Assembly: GCA_016700375.1 (NCBI GenBank)
Contig: CP065016.1
Coordinates: 990,001-1,022,000 of the forward strand
DNA: 32,000 nucleotides
Direction of reading: 5' to 3'
Source of the DNA: Candidatus Saccharimonadota bacterium
GTDB lineage: Bacteria; Patescibacteriota; Saccharimonadia; Saccharimonadales; UBA4665
Position numbers and translations under genes: made by a program. Shown here piece by piece: positions 22,129-29,881 of this stretch. The number at the start of each line of letters is the position of its first letter. The first letter of the stretch is position 1. The notes under the pieces were generated by a model. That model was given only the letters and a program-made list of their open reading frames with translations. It was not told the origin of the DNA and did no database searches.

Positions 22129-23538
22129 ATGGTAGATACGCAAGTGGCTGATTTGATTGCTGCTGAAGACAATCGCGAACACGAAGGGCTAGAACTTATC
22201 CCGAGCGAAAACTACGTCTCGGCCGATGTGCTTGAAGCAAACGGCAGTATTTTTACGAACAAATACAGCGAAGGCTACCCGGGTAAGCGCTACTATGGTG
22301 GCCAAGATTTCACCGACCCGCTCGAGCAACTCGCCATAGACCGCGCGAAAAAACTCTTTAAGGCAGACCATGCCAATGTGCAGCCGCATTCGGGCGTTCC
22401 CGCAAACGAAGCCGTGTACTATGCTTGGCTCGAACCAGGTGACACCGTGCTTGGAATGGACCTTGGTCACGGTGGTCACTTGAGCCACGGTAACCCCATG
22501 ACCCGTTCGGCGCACATATACAACTTTGTCGGCTACAAGGTGAAAGATGTTACGACTGGCGAGATAGATTACGAAGAACTGCGCGAGTTGGCGCTTAAAC
22601 ACAAGCCAAAGATTTTGCTTGCAGGCTTTAGTGCCTACCCGCGCGAACTCGACTATGCCAAATTCGCGGCCATTGCCAAAGAGGTTGGTCCCGACTGTTT
22701 GCTTATGGCCGACATGGCGCATATAGCCGGGCTGATTGTGGCGGGTGAAGCGAAGAACCCGTTTGATTATGGCTTCCATGTCATAACCACTACCACCCAC
22801 AAAACGCTGCGTGGCCCGCGTGGCGGCCTCATTCTTTCTAAAGGCACGGTGTCGACCCCGCTCAAGGCACCAGAAAAGACCATTCAAAACATCCCTACAC
22901 TCATAGACCGCGCCATCTTCCCTGGCACGCAAGGCGGCCCGCACATGCATACCATTGCCGCAAAAGCCGTGGCGTTTGGTGAAGCCCTCCGCCCAGAATT
23001 CAAAACGTATGCGAAGCAGGTCGTGAAGAATGCGGCGGTACTGGCAGAAGAACTGAAAAAGCGCGGCTTTGTGCTGGTGGCCGGCGGTACGAGCAACCAC
23101 CTTATACTGGCAGATGTGCACCAGAGCTTCGGTATAGACGGTGGTGTTGCCGAAAAAGCGCTCGATAAAGTAGGCCTAAACCTCAACAAAAACTCCGTAC
23201 CAAACGACACGCTCCCGCCATTCCGCCCCAGTGGCATACGCCTTGGTACCCCGGCAATTACTACGCGCGGGCTGAAAGAAAAAGATATGGTGAAGATTGC
23301 TGAGTGGATGAAGCAGGCAATTGATGCCCGCGAAGACGACGCAAAACTCGCTGCCATTCACGAAGAAGTAAAAGCATTCTCTCGCCAGTTCCCTCTCCCA
23401 AGCGATACGAAAAAATGCGGCGACTGTAGTGGCAAAAAAGATTGTACGGACTGCAAAGATTGCAAATGCGGTGAAACTCACCCCAGTAAAACCTGCAAAT
23501 GCGGTGAAACCTGTTCTTGCGACCCCTGCAAGTGCTAG
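22129..23538 (+). CDS. glyA: Serine hydroxymethyltransferase with a ~45-aa Cys-rich metallothionein-like C-terminal extension
   Basis: SD AAGGAGG lies upstream. SHMT blocks are LELIPSENY, YSEGYPGKRYYGG and the PLP-lysine block VITTTTHKTLRGPRGG. The tail is KKCGDCSGKKDCTDCKDCKCGETHPSKTCKCGETCSCDPCKC, with 13 Cys. Confidence 0.9.
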   Translation: MVDTQVADLIAAEDNREHEGLELIPSENYVSADVLEANGSIFTNKYSEGYPGKRYYGGQDFTDPLEQLAIDRAKKLFKADHANVQPHSGVPANEAVYYAWLEPGDTVLGMDLGHGGHLSHGNPMTRSAHIYNFVGYKVKDVTTGEIDYEELRELALKHKPKILLAGFSAYPRELDYAKFAAIAKEVGPDCLLMADMAHIAGLIVAGEAKNPFDYGFHVITTTTHKTLRGPRGGLILSKGTVSTPLKAPEKTIQNIPTLIDRAIFPGTQGGPHMHTIAAKAVAFGEALRPEFKTYAKQVVKNAAVLAEELKKRGFVLVAGGTSNHLILADVHQSFGIDGGVAEKALDKVGLNLNKNSVPNDTLPPFRPSGIRLGTPAITTRGLKEKDMVKIAEWMKQAIDAREDDAKLAAIHEEVKAFSRQFPLPSDTKKCGDCSGKKDCTDCKDCKCGETHPSKTCKCGETCSCDPCKC

Positions 23539-23582
23539 TCTAACCTCTTGTGTCCAAAAAATGTAGAAGCCACATGAACTGA

Positions 23583-23610
23583 TTGCATTTTTTAAAAAAA
23601 GTGCTATAAT
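23583..23610 (+). promoter_or_regulatory. Sigma70-type promoter (TTGCAT-N16-TGCTATAAT) driving a leaderless mRNA
   Basis: The -35 element TTGCAT is at 23583-23588 and the extended -10 TGCTATAAT at 23602-23610. The ATG at 23618 lies 7 nt after the -10, with no SD. Confidence 0.6.
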
Positions 23611-23617
23611 TTCTTTT

Positions 23618-24328
23618 ATGTCAGAACGGTTAGTTGTTCTACGGCCGCCCGAGCCAAGCTATTCTTTGCGACAAGGTGGTGCTGTTTGTGCTTCGCGGCC
23701 AGATATTACCGGCATGACTAACACAGGGCATGCCCATGGCGCGGACTATTATGCGACGGATGAGCTCATCGCAGAGCTTGCGGGCCTAGGATTTCCTCCG
23801 CTTAAAGCACTAGGCAATTATTTTCATGTTACAAATGCAAGGGCATTGGTCGGTATTGCGCGCCGCGGTGCAATTGTAAGCGCCAAACAGCTCCACGATG
23901 AAGGTGAAGAAATCCGTACAGGGGAGTACGGTGAGCATCTGCGCCAGCATAAAGCGCTAGAAAATCCGCATCTGCACTATCCACCTCGTGCATTGTCCGA
24001 AGTATATGGTGCAAGAAGCCCCAACACAAGCTACACATTTGAAAGAGGAAGTTATGGCGTCTGGTTTGGTATAGATGGTAGTGCGGTAGAGGCAGTTGTC
24101 TCTGGCCGACCACTGAGTGATTATGGTGACGGCATTGCACTTGGGCCGGAAGTTAAGTTGCCTCACGTCTCAAGCATAACCGTGCCTTACGAACAAATGG
24201 ACGATATGAGTCAGTGGGCTAATGAGCACTCTCCCGGTGCCAGGGTACTCTCCTCAGATGCATGCTGGGTTATTATGATGGGTGCGCTTCAGCACGTTCG
24301 CGGCGCTGAAAGTCTCGCTGCTAACTGA
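23618..24328 (+). CDS. Hypothetical protein (weak resemblance to H-x-T ... E ADP-ribosyltransferase-fold proteins)
   Basis: The 236-aa ORF sits behind a good promoter. The segment NYFHVTNARALVGIARRGAIVSAKQL resembles the N-terminal [YF]H[IVF]T...G.[IL].S motif of DarT/DUF4433-type enzymes. No partner macrodomain gene is present. The functional call has very low confidence. Confidence 0.5.
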   Translation: MSERLVVLRPPEPSYSLRQGGAVCASRPDITGMTNTGHAHGADYYATDELIAELAGLGFPPLKALGNYFHVTNARALVGIARRGAIVSAKQLHDEGEEIRTGEYGEHLRQHKALENPHLHYPPRALSEVYGARSPNTSYTFERGSYGVWFGIDGSAVEAVVSGRPLSDYGDGIALGPEVKLPHVSSITVPYEQMDDMSQWANEHSPGARVLSSDACWVIMMGALQHVRGAESLAAN

Positions 24329-24598
24329 GAAAGTAGCCGACAGGTTTCGGTACAGCTCTAGCTTCTCGCCGGCTGCTAAATGGTAAACACAACCCAATAA
24401 TTCTGCTGCGTCACATTTTTACGAAAATCTAGAGTCCGATAACACCTGAGCCAGGAGCTTCCGCGCGGTCGTCTTAGTCGCATCGCTTATGCGATGATTC
24501 AACGGGCGGCCTTTGTCTACAGCTATGCTCTGAGCTAGCCACCGAAAGCCCCCTGCCGACTACCCGCCTATTAGCTAGACTTACTGTACAATCAAACT

Positions 24599-24814
24599 AT
24601 GGCTCAAAATCAAAAGTTGAAAAAGCCGTGGTACAAATCTACCGAAAAAGGACCGCTGGTGGTGGCGTGGGTGCAACTCGCTGGTGTTTGGGTGCTCGCA
24701 TTTTTTGCGTCGTTCATCCCGAAATCACAGCAAGCTGGTCACGACCAACTCGAACGTATTGGTGATACCGTCGCCCTTATATCCTTCGTGCAGTTTTTCA
24801 CCGGCGTTTTGTAA
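24599..24814 (+). CDS. Small (71 aa) two-TM membrane protein
   Basis: TACAAT at 24587-24592 lies 6 nt before the ATG (leaderless). There are two hydrophobic segments. Coding status is not independently supported. Confidence 0.4.
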   Translation: MAQNQKLKKPWYKSTEKGPLVVAWVQLAGVWVLAFFASFIPKSQQAGHDQLERIGDTVALISFVQFFTGVL

Positions 24815-24884
24815 CTGCTTCTATATCCACACACTTCGTTGAAAAAAGATTCCTAATTTGTCTAGCACTATTCTTTAGTCTAGT

Positions 24885-25260
24885 TGTTATTATAGCTACA
24901 AAACAGGGAGTAGTGACTCCGAGATAGACATGCGAGCCATGGGCAGGGTGCTCGTAACTGCTCGCTACCTCCCAATATCTGTTAATTCGTTCGACAATGG
25001 TAAGACGACAAAACCCTTAACAGATGAGGCAGTCGTCGAGATGGGTCTTATCGAGCTAATCCTGGCTTCTGTTTTTCGGCGCAGTGAGCAGTTAGGGGTG
25101 CTACTATTGTGTCAGACTCAAAATTCTGTTATTGTACATGTATGAAATGTGAATACTACATGCAAAACCGTCGTGACTCTCGTATGAATGGGAGTGGTCC
25201 TCGCGCATAAAAAAATCAGACTCCGAGACGACTCCCATAGTACCGGGAGTCTTTTTATTT
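24885..25260 (+). promoter_or_regulatory. argGH leader: T-box-like transcription attenuator
   Basis: The extended -10 is TGTTATTAT (24885-24893). The T-box-like sequence AATGGGAGTGGTCCTCGCG (25187-25205) can pair GGGAG/CTCCC and CTCG/CGAG around a UGGU-containing bulge to form an antiterminator. This competes with the terminator GACTCCC-n8-GGGAGTC-TTTTT (25230-25256), which lies just before the argG SD. Stem I and the specifier were not resolved. Confidence 0.45.
25230..25260 (+). terminator. Intrinsic terminator of the argGH leader
   Basis: GACTCCCatagtaccGGGAGTCTTTTTATTT ends 11 nt before the argG ATG. Confidence 0.7.
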
Positions 25261-25271
25261 GGAGGATATTT

Positions 25272-26570
25272 ATGAGTTACATACACACACAAACAAATGC
25301 AAAGCAGTTGGTTTGGAATGCCCCTGCCTATAAGAAGGTAGCCTCGTATGAGGCAATAAAAGGCAATTTTGGCAGATGCCTATTACTTTATTCGGGTGGG
25401 CTAGATACATCGGTGATGCTGAAGTGGCTTCAGGAGGAATATGGGTGCGAGGTAGTGGCGCTGACAGTCGACATTGGCCAGCGAGCAGATGACCTAGAGG
25501 CAATCCGGCAAAAGGCGCTTGATCTTGGTGCCGTAGAGGCGCTGGTATATGATGCAAAAACGGAGTTCGCAGAATCAATACTTAGCCTAGCCATACAAGC
25601 AAACGCCGACTATCAGGGCGGGTACACTCTTCATACGCCGCTTGGAAGAGTCATGATATCGAAAATTGCGGTACAAATTGCCGAGAAGTCGAATTGTGAG
25701 GTAGTGGCGCATGGCTGCACAGGCAAAGGTAATGACCAAGTGCGATTTGAATCGTATATCACTACTCTTGCGCCGCATTTGAAAATCATTGCACCCGTAA
25801 GGGAATGGGCAATGGGCAGAGCAGAGGAACTGGCATATGCGAAGAAACACGGTATTAATGTGATACAAACTGAGGCTAGCCTCTATTCATATGATGAAAA
25901 CATGTGGGGCAACTCTGCTGAAGGTGGTGAAATAGAAAAGCCATCTCTTGAAGCGCCTCTCGAGAAGATATTGCGGTGGTGCAACCCTATTGCTAGCACG
26001 CCAATTGAGCCTGCATACATTACCATTGAGTTCGCGCACGGCGTGCCAGTGGGAGTGCAGGATAAGAAGATGCCATTAGTAGATATTATTTCACACTGCA
26101 ACCTGCTTGGTGCTCGACATGGTGTAGGAGTAGTTCATCTTATTGAAGATAGGCTCGTCGGACTTAAAGTAAGAGGAATTTTTGAAAACCCTGGCGGCAC
26201 TATTTTGACACAGGCACATAAAAAGCTAGAGATGCTGGTTTCGACCCGAGTGGAAAATGAAATGAAATCATTCATTGACCAGAAATGGGCGTATTTGCTC
26301 TATGCGGCTCAATGGTTTGAGCCGACCATGGCACATCTACACGCCTATATAAAAAACCAAAATAAAAAAGTCTCAGGAAGTGTCACAGTAAAATTACATC
26401 AAGGAAGTGTGGTAGTAGTATCGCTCGATTCCCCCTACTCATTATTTAATGAAAATCTCGCTACATTTGAGAGGAATCCGGCGTTCAACCAAAATGCGTC
26501 ACCAGGATTCATAGAAATATATAACCTGTCACAACAAACCTCGTACGGAGTATATAACTATGAGCAATAA
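25272..26570 (+). CDS. argG: Argininosuccinate synthase
   Basis: The start was moved to the ATG at 25272, behind SD GGAGGA; the upstream part of the track ORF covers the terminator. The ATP-binding block is LLYSGGLDTS. Other matching blocks are AHGCTGKGNDQVRFE and a collinear ArgG-like C-terminus. Confidence 0.9.
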   Translation: MSYIHTQTNAKQLVWNAPAYKKVASYEAIKGNFGRCLLLYSGGLDTSVMLKWLQEEYGCEVVALTVDIGQRADDLEAIRQKALDLGAVEALVYDAKTEFAESILSLAIQANADYQGGYTLHTPLGRVMISKIAVQIAEKSNCEVVAHGCTGKGNDQVRFESYITTLAPHLKIIAPVREWAMGRAEELAYAKKHGINVIQTEASLYSYDENMWGNSAEGGEIEKPSLEAPLEKILRWCNPIASTPIEPAYITIEFAHGVPVGVQDKKMPLVDIISHCNLLGARHGVGVVHLIEDRLVGLKVRGIFENPGGTILTQAHKKLEMLVSTRVENEMKSFIDQKWAYLLYAAQWFEPTMAHLHAYIKNQNKKVSGSVTVKLHQGSVVVVSLDSPYSLFNENLATFERNPAFNQNASPGFIEIYNLSQQTSYGVYNYEQ

Positions 26571-27750
26571 ACTTTGGGAAAGCGCATCAGGCCCAGAACT
26601 TAATCCCATAGTCGAAAAGTATACGGTCGGGGATGACGTCTGGCTAGACGCAGTACTGCTCGGCTGGGATATAAAGGCGTCGATTGCCCATGCAAAAATG
26701 CTTGGCCAGTGCGGCCTTCTGAGCAAGAGTGAAACGACAGCATTGGTTGCAGCACTCAAGCAGCTTAAAGCAGAGTGGAAAAAGGGCTCATTTGTCATAA
26801 AGCCTGGTGTAGAGGACGGGCACAGTGCGATTGAAGCGTATGTAATTGAGCAAGTTGGTGACGCGGGTAAGAAAATACATACTGCGAGAAGTCGAAATGA
26901 TCAATCTCTCGTGATGATGCGACTCTACATGAAAGATAGCCTCGAGCTTGTGCAACGCGGTCTCGCGAGTGTGGCATACCAGTTGCAACAAAAATCGCGA
27001 GCCACTAGTGCAGTGCCGATGCCAGGGTACACACATACCCAAAAGGCGATGCCATCTACCGTCTCAGCATGGCTAATGAGCTATCATGACGCATTCACTG
27101 ACATCCAGCTGCTCCTAGAGGCAACACATCACTATATTGACCAGAATCCTCTTGGGTCAGCTGCTGGCTATGGGGTTGATTTGCCAATACGGCGCGACCT
27201 CACGACGAAAGCATTAGGATTTGGAAAAACTCAACAGAATCCCCTCTACTGTGGTATGTCGAGAGGCTTATTTGAGCAATCGGTTGTTCAGGCGTATGCA
27301 CTATTGATGACGGTTGCGGGAAAATTTGCAAATGACATGATTTTGTTCACGACAGAAGAATTTAATTTTATGAGTTTGCCAGATGAATACACAACTGGTT
27401 CGTCCATAATGCCACATAAAAGAAACTACGATGTGTTTGAGGTGATGAGAGCCCATGCACACATGTATTCGACATACACAGGACAGATTGCAGCCGTGGC
27501 AACAGGCGTTGGGAGCGGTTATCACAGAGACTACCAGCTAATGAAAAAGCCGCTTTACATGGCGACAACTATTTTAATTGAAACTCTCGACGTGTTAACT
27601 GCGACAATCCCTGAAATAATTATGCATTCAGCAGCGCTCAAAAAAGCGATAACTTCTGACATGCAAAGCGTGAGTGAGGTTAATCGTTTAGTGCGACAGG
27701 GGGTAGCATTTCGCGACGCGTATCAGAAGGTAAAGGAGCGATACCAATAG
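26560..27750 (+). CDS. argH: Argininosuccinate lyase (short form, 396 aa)
   Basis: It overlaps the argG end by 11 nt. It has the fumarate-lyase superfamily signature GSSIMPHKRN and ArgH-like N-terminal blocks (DIKASIAHAKML, HTARSRNDQ). Confidence 0.85.
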   Translation: MSNKLWESASGPELNPIVEKYTVGDDVWLDAVLLGWDIKASIAHAKMLGQCGLLSKSETTALVAALKQLKAEWKKGSFVIKPGVEDGHSAIEAYVIEQVGDAGKKIHTARSRNDQSLVMMRLYMKDSLELVQRGLASVAYQLQQKSRATSAVPMPGYTHTQKAMPSTVSAWLMSYHDAFTDIQLLLEATHHYIDQNPLGSAAGYGVDLPIRRDLTTKALGFGKTQQNPLYCGMSRGLFEQSVVQAYALLMTVAGKFANDMILFTTEEFNFMSLPDEYTTGSSIMPHKRNYDVFEVMRAHAHMYSTYTGQIAAVATGVGSGYHRDYQLMKKPLYMATTILIETLDVLTATIPEIIMHSAALKKAITSDMQSVSEVNRLVRQGVAFRDAYQKVKERYQ

Positions 27751-27768
27751 GAAGTGCGCGGTATGTGA

Positions 27769-29075
27769 TTACGAACCGAGGGCGCGCCAGGCGATGTCGG
27801 GGCGGTACTGCATGCCGGGGAAGTGAATGGCATTTTCGCCAATGGCCGCGTTAGCGGCAGCTGAAGCGGCTTCAAGGTTCACGCCTAGGCCGGTGACAAA
27901 GAGGACACGACCACCTGAAGAAACAGTGGCGCCGTTTTCGAGCTTTGTTCCACCGTGAAAAACACTAACATCTCGGTACTCTTCGCTAAGCCCGCTAATC
28001 TCTGCGCCAGTTTTGGGTGCTTCGGGGTAGCCCTCGGCGGCGAGGCAAATGGTTAGTGCGGCAGCATTGTAATTTTCTGGTAGTGCAAATTCTGCTATGG
28101 CACCTGTGGCAGTGGCATACAGCATATCGTATATATCGACACCGTTGCCGTGTAGGAGCGGGATTATAACCTCTGTCTCTGGGTCGCCAAAACGGGCATT
28201 ATACTCAATAACCAGCGGGTCACCACCCAATTCTTCGGCAAGCATGAGGCCCATGTATAGTACTCCCTGATACGGCGCTTCATCTGTAGCCATGCCTGTG
28301 ACGGTTTTTTGCGCAATTGTCGCAATTTTGTTCCATTGTGCAGCCGAAAGCATCCAGTCGGGCAGGGGGGCGTACACACCCATGCCCCCAGTATTCGGTC
28401 CTTTGTCGCCCGCAAGAAGTCGTTTGTGATCCTGAGAGGCGAGCGGAATTATCTGGTAGTTTTCGCCGTCACTCAGCACAAACACAGAAACCTCCGGGCC
28501 GTGGTTCCTAGCCTGTATAACAAACCGGCTACCGTCGCCGTCTACTTTGCCGCTCACAATCTTTTTTATGGCATCGGACGCCTCAGCATCAGTATCTGGC
28601 AAGAACACGCCTTTGCCCCCGGCTAAACCATCGGCTTTTATGACGCTTTTTGCTGCCCCACCAAACTTTGCAATTGCTGCCTGAGCTTTGTCCGCAGAAT
28701 CCACGATGACAGATTCAGGAATAGTAATACTGTGGCGCTGCATGAACTCGGTGGCAAACGCCTTGCTGCCCTCGAGCCGCGCAGCGGCTTTGCTAGCGCC
28801 GAAAACCGTGATACCTGCAGCGCGTAGTATATCGCTCAGACCAGCTACCAGAGGTGCCTCAGGACCAATAACCACAAGATCAACACTGTGATCTTTACAA
28901 AACGCAACCACTTCAGTATCACCAGAAATTGCGATATTTTCGCATTTAGTTTCCGTGGCCGTACCGGCATTCCCGGGCGAAACAAACACTTTTTCAACCG
29001 TGGGCGATTGTGCCATGCCCCACGCCAGCGCGTGTTCTCGCCCGCCACTCCCGATGATTAGTACAGTTGCCATAG
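27769..29075 (-). CDS. purD: Phosphoribosylamine-glycine ligase
   Basis: The start was set at the ATG at 29075, behind a strong SD AAGGAGG ([18 protein letters not shown]). ATP-grasp blocks run throughout, and the C-terminal block is GGRVL. Confidence 0.9.
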
Positions 29076-29092
29076 AACCTCCTTTTCCTTGT

Positions 29093-29117
29093 GTCATTCC
29101 GAACTGGTTTCGGAATC
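29093..29117 (+). repeat. GTCATTCC-type hairpin repeat
   Basis: gtcATTCCGAActggtTTCGGAATc, in the purN-purD spacer. Confidence 0.8.
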
Positions 29118-29155
29118 TATGCAATCTGAGCGGTTCTGTATCTGATCAGAGGCAT

Positions 29156-29181
29156 GGATCCTGAAACAAGTTCAGGATGAC
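29156..29181 (-). repeat. GTCAT-type hairpin repeat (opposite orientation)
   Basis: The plus strand reads ggATCCTGAAacaagTTCAGGATgac, which is GTCATCCTGAA...TTCAGGATCC on the minus strand. Confidence 0.8.
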
Positions 29182-29185
29182 AACG

Positions 29186-29881
29186 TTACGTTACTGTTGA
29201 GTCGTGGGTGCTGTGGTACTCCTCCTGTGCAGTTAGAAACGTCATGATGTCGCTAGCGATATGCTCCTTTTCTGCGGTCTGTACGCGGGCAAAGAGTGTC
29301 TCTGCTGTGTCGTCGGGTTCAACCACAACGCGATGTTCGGCCACAGTCGGCCCTGTGTCGTACTCGTGAGCGACTGCATGGAGGGTTTGTCCGGCCTCTG
29401 TCATACCTTGTGCCAGCGTGTATTCTTGGGTGCCCAGACCGTGGGTTCCAATGGTTTGAGGCAGCAAACCAGGGTGCGTATTAAACATACGGCACTGGTA
29501 TATGCTTGTGTGCTCTGGTAGACATCCATAGCGACTGATTAGCCGTGTACCCACACGCTTCATGTAACCCAGTAGCAGAACGCAGTCAATGTTATGTTTT
29601 TGGAGGAGTTCCAAAATTGCCATTTGCTCTTCGTCCGTTTGTTGCCCATGCAAAGGGGGTTTTTCTGCTGCCTGCGTGTGACCGTTCACGACCACAGAGG
29701 TAATATTGAGGTTCAGCTCACTATTCAAATGTTTGATGCGTTCAAAAACAAACGCATCTGGATTATTGCATATGACCAGACGGACATTGAGCGGGTAGTT
29801 TTGTGTCTGTACGTTACGGATGAATGCTTCTGCCGTGCTGCCACTGCCCGATGCCAGTATGGCGATGGCGGCACGCTTCAT
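29186..29881 (-). CDS. purN: Phosphoribosylglycinamide formyltransferase
   Basis: The start was set at the ATG at 29881 (MKRAAIAILASGSGS), which forms an ATGA overlap with the purF stop. The formyltransferase block is FNTHPGLLP. Confidence 0.8.
   Translation of the reverse strand: MKRAAIAILASGSGSTAEAFIRNVQTQNYPLNVRLVICNNPDAFVFERIKHLNSELNLNITSVVVNGHTQAAEKPPLHGQQTDEEQMAILELLQKHNIDCVLLLGYMKRVGTRLISRYGCLPEHTSIYQCRMFNTHPGLLPQTIGTHGLGTQEYTLAQGMTEAGQTLHAVAHEYDTGPTVAEHRVVVEPDDTAETLFARVQTAEKEHIASDIMTFLTAQEEYHSTHDSTVT

Noticed and set aside
22189-23121. A 310-aa minus-strand ORF, and a 157-aa ORF at 22884-23357.
   Set aside because: Both are fully antisense to glyA, whose SHMT motifs are unambiguous. 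There are no start signals, and the composition is typical of antisense read-through.
24930-25145. A 71-aa ORF inside the argGH leader, considered as a possible leader peptide.
   Set aside because: It has no SD and no run of Arg codons as expected for peptide-mediated attenuation. The region is better explained as RNA structure.
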